Source of the DNA: Candidatus Saccharimonadota bacterium
GTDB lineage: Bacteria > Patescibacteriota > Gracilibacteria > UBA4473
Reading direction: 5' to 3'
NCBI GenBank assembly: GCA_963677105.1
Contig: OY781871.1
Location: 390,001 to 422,000, forward strand
Length of the DNA: 32,000 nucleotides
The notes under the pieces: generated by a model
The model's database searches: none
Told to the model about the DNA's origin: nothing
Seen by the model: the letters and a program-made list of their open reading frames with translations, nothing else
Shown here: positions 16,501-23,530 of the stretch, piece by piece
How positions within the stretch are numbered: position 1 is the stretch's first letter
Layout of the letters: the number at the start of each line of letters is the position of its first letter
Made by a program: the position numbers and the translations under genes

Positions 16501-17567
16501 AAGTCTCCTACAACATTCATAGCAGTAGATGCTACGTCATCAGCAGAAACCAAAGCCAATCGGTTGTGGTGTCCAATGTTTTTGTCAGAAGAAGTGTATT
16601 TTGCTGAAGCTACAACGTCAGCAACCAAAGTTTGTCCCGCAGGAGTTACTAATGGTGGGTTGAAACGTAATTCAACTACGTCATCGTTGTTAATTGATTT
16701 GTCGTTTCCTACTTTGAAACCATCAATTTCCATCCATACGTTTTTGAAGTCGTCGTTGTCACCAAGACCAAGACGTGTGAAAGTCAATGAAGAAATCTCA
16801 ACGTCTGCGTCGTCTGATGCAGTCAACTCAATAGTAGTATAAGGAACTGAAGTAGCATTGTATGGAACGTTTGTTCCACGTGGTGTTTCTTCTGAAAGCA
16901 TAACTTCCAATGTTCCTTCTGCTGGTCCGTCTGGGATAGATACTGCTAACAAACCGTCGTAAACGATTTTTGCAGTCTCAGCACGGTTAACTGGTTTACT
17001 TGCTCCGAATGTTCCGTCAGCGTAACCACGCATAAGATCGTAGTTGTATGCTGTTTCAACATATTCGAAGAACCAGTCACCTGATGTTACGTCATCGAAG
17101 TGAGGAGCACCTGTTGTGTCCAAGTCAAGTTCGAGAGCGTTAATCACCATTTTTGCCAACTCAGCACGGTTGATTCCGTTACCAGGACGGAAAGTTCCGT
17201 CAGGGTTACCATCAATCCATCCGTAGTTGTACATTGTTTCTACGTAGTCGTAGTACCATGCGTCTTCTTCAACGTCTGGAAAGTGTGCCCCTCCAGTTGT
17301 GTCGAAATCAACACCTGATGCCAATGTAATAATTTTCGCTACCTCTGCACGATTTAATTGTCGTGCTGGTGCAAAAGAACCGTCTGCGTTACCTCCAAGC
17401 ACGTCTAAAGCGACAAGCTCTTCAATAGCTTCAACAGCCCATGTTGGGATCTCGTTTACATCTGTGAAGTCCAAGCTTGCGAATGCCAATGATGGAATCA
17501 TTGTAAACGCCATAGCTGAAACTGCCAATGCTGCGATTCCCTTTTTAAAATGAGACAAAATAGTCAT
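13584..17567 (-). CDS. S-layer-type surface protein with three N-terminal SLH domains (1327 aa)
   Basis: Start set at the ATG at 17567 (MTILSHFKKGIAALAVSAMAFTMIPSLAFA, signal-peptide-like); the track's GTG extension to 17642 is unlikely. Three SLH repeats: FTDVNEIPTWAVEAIEEL...NRAEVAKII, FPDVEEDAWYYDYVETMY...NRAELAKMV, FDDVTSGDWFFEYVETAY...NRAETAKIV. The rest is Thr/Ala/Val/Asp-rich and looks beta-rich. Confidence 0.85.
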   Translation of the reverse strand: MTILSHFKKGIAALAVSAMAFTMIPSLAFASLDFTDVNEIPTWAVEAIEELVALDVLGGNADGSFAPARQLNRAEVAKIITLASGVDFDTTGGAHFPDVEEDAWYYDYVETMYNYGWIDGNPDGTFRPGNGINRAELAKMVINALELDLDTTGAPHFDDVTSGDWFFEYVETAYNYDLMRGYADGTFGASKPVNRAETAKIVYDGLLAVSIPDGPAEGTLEVMLSEETPRGTNVPYNATSVPYTTIELTASDDADVEISSLTFTRLGLGDNDDFKNVWMEIDGFKVGNDKSINNDDVVELRFNPPLVTPAGQTLVADVVASAKYTSSDKNIGHHNRLALVSADDVASTAMNVVGDFPIEGEEMEVADYQVSEVDFSDLGSDTTIDVGDNFIEIGKFRMLNESSTNKDVEIRAITFKNDGTAELENVLENVALYVSGEQVSAESIIDGDYITFRLDNGVTGGYIIEDGDSRIFSMRADIVSAEKGDTINFKIDNFEDLVAIEIGTAFGVKATSDSFLTTTTTGTTTTGGTCSNSDAEDNCARLKMYTIDSGDINVSRDPSSLGNQQYAPGSNDIVAMTARVIVDQPLLVDGVTLTSVYTGTANVGVLVANSATANHLIGANAAFNNYRLFLNDNLIDSENAMVANTTDVLGTAKLEYDTTFEIAGASILKLVLNIQDAAPTGSTIKFNLASSSFSSPEYISTGDQVPTDQLLGSAQGSLVEVTASALTITKTDGFSSETIVAGLDDVTFMEFVLDNNDSGDVNVTSITVDADDSVGSIGNAANYTAAIFVDGAQQGSSKNFNTTTEVATFNDLSVVVPSAGQKEFAVVVNTNETSSGDVLRMRITAVDADNVENGQTVYLPGGNATTPMTAVNGSTFTLVASGSLVMSIGSTIYSDILVAGADEVEVLKIRFNAADDEVQIKDLYLDNNSGSWTTFGPRADFKLYNEAGQLVQTKQMQTGDLLHFELANQDRISVPKDDSTFVTLKVDVRDITQASMTGKRLKLTTDTSEGTANGVEALTAATGTDLAAGQISGTYAGEPFVAYRTEVSVKHAATQPNFSDPSSASQEIYRFTISADAARQAEIGRVTFDVALSGMKTSADAGFVVRQVKTDGTIDNTATVTSSIVDTFTAANDIAGTVTVNFSNQRLASGESRTFALFMDNTVDTGTAADDDAVNVTISNDSAYVAPAAKAALTQTSTYTIVGTTTAASTAGTLTINGTAVSLIGVGAGANTAVADAIKALIDAASITGVTTTSAGGVVTVLGANTVVETVAFAATGLTSATLANVATQTTKTVWSDESSNAHTDSTLDWLNGYLLDTDTTSMTNAD

Positions 17568-18016
17568 CTTTTTGGGATTATAAATAAAATCTTGTGGGTT
17601 CGAATAAACAAACCCGAAACTCCTAGAAAATGAAAAACTCACCGAATAGACACCGCAAAAGTAGCGGAATCACTCAGTGTTCTTTGAAATTCTTAGGCAT
17701 ATAAAAAAGTTGAAAAAGCTCTATATAAGGGTCTTTTCTCTAGAAAAATATTCTTTTCCGGCCGCTGTTTCAAAGAACGAGTTTTTTTATTCACTATCCC
17801 TTATGGAGAGCGAGCAGAGAGCGCATTTTTGTCACAAGTCTGCCAAACCACCGATATCGTATGAATTTATGGGGAAAAGTCAACATTTTCCCTGTCTTAC
17901 GAAACCGGTCATAAAATCAAACGAAAAAACCTAGAAAACGTTACAAATAAAACGAGAAACTGGTGTTGGAATCAATAACTCCAAATTGCCTGGAGTCAAG
18001 AAAGGAATAATACAAT
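17568..18016 (-). promoter_or_regulatory. long non-coding promoter/leader region of the SLH gene
   Basis: About 450 nt without a credible ORF. Two by-eye sigma70-like candidates lie on the minus strand: TTGACT (17883..17878), 16 nt, TACGAT (17861..17856); and TTGAAA (17773..17768), 17 nt, TATTTT (17750..17745). Either implies a leader of roughly 170-290 nt. Confidence 0.35.
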
Positions 18017-18020
18017 ATGT

Positions 18021-18062
18021 TTTGTCCTTTGTACTTTGAAGTTTGTAATTTGAAAATTGAAC
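18021..18062 (+). repeat. heptamer array E
   Basis: TTTGTCC TTTGTAC TTTGAAG TTTGTAA TTTGAAA ATTGAAC. It ends exactly at the stop codon (CTA, 18063-18065) of the minus-strand coiled-coil gene. Confidence 0.8.
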
Positions 18063-18575
18063 CTATTCCACAATCGTGTCTCTTAAGGCTTCAATCGCAT
18101 CAACACTGTCTCCTACGTTCTCTCTTACCTCTTGCACTGAGTCATTTAGCTCCTGTAATTGGCTTTTTGTTTCCTCGTATTGCTGTTTTACTTCTGCGAT
18201 TTCTTTTTCAATTTCTGCCTTCTTTTGCTCAAATGATCTCCTTTTTTCATCTATTTTTTGCTGAAACTGAAACACTTCTTCCTCAATTGATTCGTTTTTC
18301 TCTTCTAATTTCACCTTTATTTCGTTGAATTCTTCTTCTATTTGAAGTTTTCTTTTTTTATATTCCTCTTCTATGGTGTCGTATTTTTCGAGTAAAAAGT
18401 TCTTGCGCACAGAGAACAAGGATTCTTCAATTGCTCCCACATCACCGCCTGTCATTTCGGCAACTTTTTTTTGTATTCGTAGCGACCAAATATCCCATTC
18501 ATCTGGATGTTTTATATATACCCACGACAAAAAACAAATTCCGCTGATTAATAATGCTGCGATAAATCGTTTCAT
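18063..18575 (-). CDS. membrane-anchored coiled-coil protein (170 aa)
   Basis: N-terminal hydrophobic anchor (FIAALLISGICFLSWVYI) followed by a long E/K-rich heptad-like region. The start overlaps the upstream stop (ATGA). Confidence 0.55.
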   Translation of the reverse strand: MKRFIAALLISGICFLSWVYIKHPDEWDIWSLRIQKKVAEMTGGDVGAIEESLFSVRKNFLLEKYDTIEEEYKKRKLQIEEEFNEIKVKLEEKNESIEEEVFQFQQKIDEKRRSFEQKKAEIEKEIAEVKQQYEETKSQLQELNDSVQEVRENVGDSVDAIEALRDTIVE

Positions 18576-18916
18576 TTTTTTAATAAATCCTGAATGTTGT
18601 CTCCTCGAAACTCTTTTAATATTTTCCCCACTCCTCTGACTGTTTCTGGTGATACAATCGACTCTTTTTTATGTTGACGCACCGTTTTTGGTTTTCGTTG
18701 AAACGCCCCGTTAATTGTTAATATCGATTCACAATTTTCACAATCTAACTCTAAAACAATTCGCTCAGAATTTATCATTAAAACGTCGTACGCACATTCA
18801 CTCACTGACGCGCCACATCGTGGACAAATCGCCTGAAAAAGAATTTTCTCAATAACCTCTGAATATGAAGGGGATTTCATCTCTTTCATTGTGATATTTT
18901 TCAAAAAAGAGGGCAA
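18572..18916 (-). CDS. zinc-ribbon protein (hypothetical)
   Basis: Paired Cys motifs CPRCG ... CENCE. The track start is TTG at 18916, and the ATG at 18889 (MKEMKSP) is an alternative. Confidence 0.5.
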   Translation of the reverse strand: MPSFLKNITMKEMKSPSYSEVIEKILFQAICPRCGASVSECAYDVLMINSERIVLELDCENCESILTINGAFQRKPKTVRQHKKESIVSPETVRGVGKILKEFRGDNIQDLLKK

Positions 18917-18964
18917 CTTTTTTTTAATTTTCCCTGAGCAATTCTTTGTTTTGAAAAATGATTT

Positions 18965-20836
18965 TTAGTCAGAAATTACTGAAACAGGAAATGTAACGCT
19001 ATCGCTTTTCCCTGTAGAATCAATCACAGTCAATGAAACTTGTTTTTCTCCAGCTGTTCTCCATGTATGAGAAACACGTGGAGACATTGTTCCGTTATTA
19101 AACGTAGCAAACCGTGAAACTGATGTCCCTACATCTTCTGTATCAAAATCCCAAATAAACCGAATTCCACGTCCAGAACTTTCTCCCGCATCAAAGGTAA
19201 ATGTTGCCCCAACTGCTCCTGAGCGATGAGAAACAATTACACGCGCTTTCACTTCTGGCATTGGAAGTACTTCAATTGTTTTTACAACAGTAGTCACATT
19301 TTTTCCTGGATCTCGTAATTGCATTCGAATTGTCACTGAACCAGGAGATAAATAAGCTAAACTTTCTCCTCCTATTCCACGAAAATCACTTTCCCATAAT
19401 CCATCTGCGTCTAGATCAAATCGTACTTGCGTTCGTCCCCAATCATACGTGCGTTTCCCTAAATATTTGGGGAAAAATCGAACAGGTTCTCCTACATAAA
19501 TTGTATCAACCGAACAACCAATTTCCGCTACTGGTTTCTCATTTATATCTACAAAAATGTTTCGTATAGAATTTGCTATTACGCTGTCTTCATTTTGAAC
19601 TTGAACGCGAACAGAAAACTCTCCGCCGCGATCATACACATGTTCTGTGAAGTTTTGTGTAGAAAAATGTGTATCCCATTCTCCATCATTATTGAAATCC
19701 CAGCGATACAAATAACGTTGACCCGAACCGGAGTATCGATGTAATTGAGCAGAAAAACGAATACGATCTCCTACTTCAACTGCAACATATTGTTGTGCAT
19801 TTCGAATCGTCATCGCACTCGGATTTGTACTATTTTGCAATACAATTTCTACATTATAATCTGTTGGATCACGCTCTACTTCGATTGAAATTGTTGTTTC
19901 TTCACATCGAGGATTTGAATTACGAATACATACTCGCGTACGAACTTCGTGTTTTCCCGGAGAAGTAAACTGATGAGTCGCTATTTTTTGCTTTGGAAAT
20001 CGTAGCCATTGCTGTCCATCAAAGCTCCACTCAATCCATCCTCCTCGTGGAACTTGAGCCGAAGATGCATCAAACACAAAATTGGTATTTTCATGAAACC
20101 CAACTCGTCCCGGACGAACGTCTACTATTGGCGCTGTAATCGTAGGAGATATTATTTTTATTTTTTTCCATAACGTTCTTGGTGGAATTGTATGAGTTCC
20201 TTGCGTCCATCGTGGAACAATCCCTCGTACGGATAAAATCTCATTATCAAAGAATTTAACTTCTGCTGTGGGAGAAGTTGTTGTTGCTGTGTCAAAAACA
20301 TGTGTAACTAATTTTTGTTTCGAAAATCGCGTGTCCCAATTTCCATCGGAATCAAAATCCCAACGAACTTGTATATCATCTGGATTATCGAAAGATTGAA
20401 GCGATAATTCGAGCTTAAAATCGATTGGTTGTCCTACTTCTGCAATATAATCTTCAACAGAAATCCACGCGCGACGAGACCAACTTGAGATCACTTTTAT
20501 CGATCGAAACGTAGACTGAATCTGTCCTGTTTGAGTATCACGAACTTGCAAATGAACACGCATATTTCCAGTGTTCATTGGTGTAAATTTTTGTGTTGTT
20601 CGTCGTGTCCATGGTGACCAATTTCCTCCTGAAGTAAGTCTGTAACGAATTTCTACTCCTCCTAAATTTCCTGCAGAATTTCGTGATTGACGCGCATCTA
20701 ACGTAAACTCGCTACTGACGCGTCCAACTGCTGGCGAAATAATCATATTCGCCTGTGGTAATCCACTTGCAGAAACATTTCCGAGCAAGGTCGAAAACAT
20801 CAATCCACCGATGAACAATCCAAATATCTTTTTCAT
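18965..20836 (-). CDS. secreted PKD-repeat protein (623 aa)
   Basis: Signal-like N-terminus MKKIFGLFIGGLMFSTLLGNVSASG. Repeated ~100-aa modules carry WDFD-type motifs (RWDFDSDGNWDT, RWDFNNDGEWDT, RFDLDADGLWES, IWDFDTEDVGT). Confidence 0.75.
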   Translation of the reverse strand: MKKIFGLFIGGLMFSTLLGNVSASGLPQANMIISPAVGRVSSEFTLDARQSRNSAGNLGGVEIRYRLTSGGNWSPWTRRTTQKFTPMNTGNMRVHLQVRDTQTGQIQSTFRSIKVISSWSRRAWISVEDYIAEVGQPIDFKLELSLQSFDNPDDIQVRWDFDSDGNWDTRFSKQKLVTHVFDTATTTSPTAEVKFFDNEILSVRGIVPRWTQGTHTIPPRTLWKKIKIISPTITAPIVDVRPGRVGFHENTNFVFDASSAQVPRGGWIEWSFDGQQWLRFPKQKIATHQFTSPGKHEVRTRVCIRNSNPRCEETTISIEVERDPTDYNVEIVLQNSTNPSAMTIRNAQQYVAVEVGDRIRFSAQLHRYSGSGQRYLYRWDFNNDGEWDTHFSTQNFTEHVYDRGGEFSVRVQVQNEDSVIANSIRNIFVDINEKPVAEIGCSVDTIYVGEPVRFFPKYLGKRTYDWGRTQVRFDLDADGLWESDFRGIGGESLAYLSPGSVTIRMQLRDPGKNVTTVVKTIEVLPMPEVKARVIVSHRSGAVGATFTFDAGESSGRGIRFIWDFDTEDVGTSVSRFATFNNGTMSPRVSHTWRTAGEKQVSLTVIDSTGKSDSVTFPVSVISD

Positions 20837-20955
20837 TACTTACTTTTTAGAACTTTTTTATATTTTTGTCAACATATTTAAGAAGAGATAATTCACAATC
20901 ATTTGACAACATTTGCAAACAGGAATACTCATGTACACGATTTGATATTTTTGAA

Positions 20956-21165
20956 ATGGAAAACCAATGTTCAATAGAACCAGAAAAAGAATGTATTGGT
21001 GCTCAAGAGTGTAAGAAAAAAGCATTGAAAGCAGTTCAAAACATTCATTCTGTTTGTGATATCGAGCCAGGAAAATTAATAAAATATTTCCATAAACAAG
21101 AAATGAAACTCATCCAAGTGGAGCGCGATAAAATTAAATGTGCCAATGAAAAATTGCAAAAATAA
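20956..21165 (+). CDS. small Cys-containing protein, tandem paralog 1 (69 aa)
   Basis: MENQCSIEPEKECIGAQEC...KIKCANEKLQK. The ATG at 20956 lies within the track ORF 20866..21165. Candidate promoter: TTGACA (20903-20908), 17 nt, TACTCA (20926-20931). Confidence 0.55.
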   Translation: MENQCSIEPEKECIGAQECKKKALKAVQNIHSVCDIEPGKLIKYFHKQEMKLIQVERDKIKCANEKLQK

Positions 21166-21192
21166 TAATTTCAATTATTTAATCTAAAACCA

Positions 21193-21410
21193 ATGACAGA
21201 TTGTGAAAATGGTATCGGTGCGGAAAAATGTAAACAAGAAAATTCTAGAAAACTTACCGATCTTGAAGAGTTTAAAAAAATAAAGAGAAGTTAGGAATAA
21301 TTCTAGACGAAACTTCCCAAGCAGTTCTTGAAAAAATAGAGACTAAAACCGCTCAAGTAATTCAAAAAAAAGTGGCTTGCGCCAATCGTAAAATAGAAGA
21401 AAAACAATAA
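21193..21410 (+). pseudogene. small Cys-containing protein, tandem paralog 2, frame broken at an A7 run
   Basis: ATG at 21193 gives MTDCENGIGAEKCKQENSRKLTDLEEFKK, then a stop at 21292-21294. The -1 frame from 21279 continues NKEKLGIILDETSQAVLEKIETKTAQVIQKKVACANRKIEEKQ to the stop at 21408-21410, restoring the family C-terminus. The shift site is AAAAAAA at 21274-21280. Confidence 0.45.
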
Positions 21411-21434
21411 TTTTAATTATTTAATCCCAAACCC

Positions 21435-21632
21435 ATGTCAGAAAAATGTACAATCGATCCTGAAAAAGAATGTATTGGAGCAAAAGACTGTGGATATACA
21501 AATCGCAGAAATATTGAAGAGACTCAACTTACCGCACTTGGGTTGAACTCTTGTTTGCAAGAAACAAAAGATCATATGATTGATGAATATCGAAAAAAAG
21601 TAGCATGTGCAACTGAAAAGTGTGCAAAATAA
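21435..21632 (+). CDS. small Cys-containing protein, tandem paralog 3 (65 aa)
   Basis: MSEKCTIDPEKECIGAKDC...KKVACATEKCAK. The N-terminal 19 aa are nearly identical to paralog 1. The upstream spacer matches that of paralog 2. Confidence 0.55.
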   Translation: MSEKCTIDPEKECIGAKDCGYTNRRNIEETQLTALGLNSCLQETKDHMIDEYRKKVACATEKCAK

Positions 21633-21633
21633 A

Positions 21634-21704
21634 TTTGTAGTTTGCCGTTTGTAAATTGAAGTTTGTTATTTGTTCTTTGATATTTGGAGCGAAACGACTA
21701 TTCT
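21634..21704 (+). repeat. heptamer array F with conserved tail
   Basis: TTTGTAG TTTGCCG TTTGTAA ATTGAAG TTTGTTA TTTGTTC TTTGATA TTTGGAG CGAAACGA C TATTCT. TTGATA (21677-21682), 16 nt, TATTCT (21699-21704) is a promoter-like arrangement for the M16 gene. Confidence 0.8.
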
Positions 21705-21730
21705 TTTGGCGAACTTTTTTTGATACACAC

Positions 21731-22993
21731 ATGAAATTACACAGCAAAACACTTACTAACGGACTTTGTCTTCAAGCTGTAGAAATGCCCGGAACAAATG
21801 TAGTAACAACATTAATTCTTGCTGGAGCTGGATCACGATATGAAAACATAGAAATCGCAGGAATTTCACATTTTTTAGAACATATGTTTTTCAAAGGAAG
21901 TAAAAAATACCCAACACCAAAAGCTGTTGCTGAAGCGGTTGATGCTTTTGGAGGAGAATTTAATGCTTTTACTGGAAAGGAATACGCTGGATATTTCGTA
22001 AAATCTGGCGCAAAAAATCTAGAAAAATCGCTCGATGTTCTTTCTGATATGTTGCTTCATGCACAACTCAATCAAGCAGAAATTGATCGTGAACGCGGTG
22101 TTATTTTAGAAGAAATGGCAATGTATTTGGATATGCCAACCTATCAAATTTCTTGGGATTTCGAACAACTTGTGTTCGGCGATCAACCGCTTGGTCGAGA
22201 TCAAATTGGAACGCGAGCACTGATTGAAAATGTAACATCAGAACAATTTAAACAATACAGAAACGAACTCTATGTTCCGAAAAACATGATTATTACTGTT
22301 GCTGGAGCGGTGAATGCTGAAACGCTAAATTCTGTGGCAAAATATTTTGATATGCAATCAATGGAACAAGGACGAAAAATGACGCCTTTTGATAAAAATA
22401 TTGCAACAAAAAAATTCCGTATCCGCGAGAAAAAAACAGAACAATATCATCTCTCTTTTGGTGTTCGTGCCATATCAGAACAAGACCCAAAATATCCTGC
22501 CCTAAAAGTATTGGCGGTAATTCTTGGTGGAAATATGTCAAGTCGCATGTTTCAAAATGTACGCGAACAAAAGGGCCTCTGTTATTCGATTAGAACAAGC
22601 ATAGATGAATACACTGACACTGGACTTCTCTCTACTCGAGCTGGCGTAAAATTGGATGACGTACTTCATGCCGCTAAAGCAATTCGAAACGAATATGATG
22701 ACATTCAAGAAAATGGAATCACTGACACTGAACTCGAAAATGCAATAAATTATTTATTAGGAAAAACAGATCTTCAAACAGAGGATACGGAAGACGTTGC
22801 ACATCATTTTGCGAAAAATGAATTACTTTATAGCGTGCGTGAGTCGTATGAAGATTGGAAAAATAAAATCTTAAATGTCACGAAAGAAGATGTGGAAATC
22901 TTAGCAAAAAAACTATTGATTCCTGAAAATTTTCGATTTGCTGGAATTGGCCCGTCGATCGATGAAAAAAAACTATTACAAATAATCTCATAA
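21731..22993 (+). CDS. M16 family (pitrilysin/insulinase-like) zinc peptidase
   Basis: HFLEHMFFKG carries the inverted zinc motif HxxEH. 420 aa from the ATG at 21731 (MKLHSKTLTNG); the track extension from 21656 lies in the heptamer array. Confidence 0.85.
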   Translation: MKLHSKTLTNGLCLQAVEMPGTNVVTTLILAGAGSRYENIEIAGISHFLEHMFFKGSKKYPTPKAVAEAVDAFGGEFNAFTGKEYAGYFVKSGAKNLEKSLDVLSDMLLHAQLNQAEIDRERGVILEEMAMYLDMPTYQISWDFEQLVFGDQPLGRDQIGTRALIENVTSEQFKQYRNELYVPKNMIITVAGAVNAETLNSVAKYFDMQSMEQGRKMTPFDKNIATKKFRIREKKTEQYHLSFGVRAISEQDPKYPALKVLAVILGGNMSSRMFQNVREQKGLCYSIRTSIDEYTDTGLLSTRAGVKLDDVLHAAKAIRNEYDDIQENGITDTELENAINYLLGKTDLQTEDTEDVAHHFAKNELLYSVRESYEDWKNKILNVTKEDVEILAKKLLIPENFRFAGIGPSIDEKKLLQIIS

Positions 22994-22998
22994 ACTAC

Positions 22999-23439
22999 AT
23001 GCAAACATTCGGATGTCCACTTTCTCACAAACAAACAAATACTTTCACGGCAAGAATAAATGCAATATTTGTTGTAATTCTCATCATCCTTTCTCTTTTC
23101 TGGATTAATAAATGGATTCCACTTTTCCTTACGCTTGATTTCTTCATTCTTGGATTTTTAGAAAAATCATCTCCTCGCAGTTTCATTGCAAAAAAAATAA
23201 CAAAAATTTTTAAGAAAGGAAAAATTGTAAATGCTGGACCAAAAATTTTTGCCGCAAAAATCGGATTCTGGGTTTCACTCATTATCACTATTTGTGTTTT
23301 TCGTGACTGGAGCTTTTCTTATTATTTTTTCGCAGGAATTCTTATTGTCGCTGCAAGTGCCGAAGCTTTTTTTGAATTCTGTCTCGGTTGTAAAATATTT
23401 CCTTTTTGGATGAAACTAAAAAGGGTTTGGAGAAAATAA
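22999..23439 (+). CDS. DUF4395-like small membrane protein
   Basis: 146 aa with several hydrophobic helices and a C-terminal FFEFCLGCKIFPFW motif, recalled as typical of DUF4395. Not searched. Confidence 0.5.
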   Translation: MQTFGCPLSHKQTNTFTARINAIFVVILIILSLFWINKWIPLFLTLDFFILGFLEKSSPRSFIAKKITKIFKKGKIVNAGPKIFAAKIGFWVSLIITICVFRDWSFSYYFFAGILIVAASAEAFFEFCLGCKIFPFWMKLKRVWRK

Positions 23440-23474
23440 AGAAAAATACATTTTCACTCGCAATAACAACATTA

Positions 23475-23530
23475 TTTGTACTTTGCCCTTTGTAATTTGA
23501 TATTTTAAGCGAAGCACCTATTTCCACAAT
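23475..23530 (+). repeat. heptamer array G with conserved tail
   Basis: TTTGTAC TTTGCCC TTTGTAA TTTGATA TTTTAAG CGAAGCAC C TATTTC CACAAT. The tail runs through the stop codon (CTA, 23518-23520) of the minus-strand gene. GCGAAGC is at 23509-23515. Confidence 0.8.

Noticed and set aside
13771-17553. Multiple 70-125-aa + strand ORFs (13771, 14074, 15850, 16234, 16564, 17100, 17299) and short minus off-frame ORFs.
   Set aside because: All lie inside the 1327-aa SLH protein gene. They are antisense or off-frame shadows produced by its biased, stop-poor composition.
17596-17605. GGGTTCGAAT resembles a tRNA T-arm and loop (GGTTCGAATCC).
   Set aside because: The flanks give no complementary T-stem (GTGGG is followed by AAACA, not CCCAC), and there is no acceptor or anticodon arm. 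It lies in the SLH leader. I found no tRNA, rRNA or other known RNA gene in the window.
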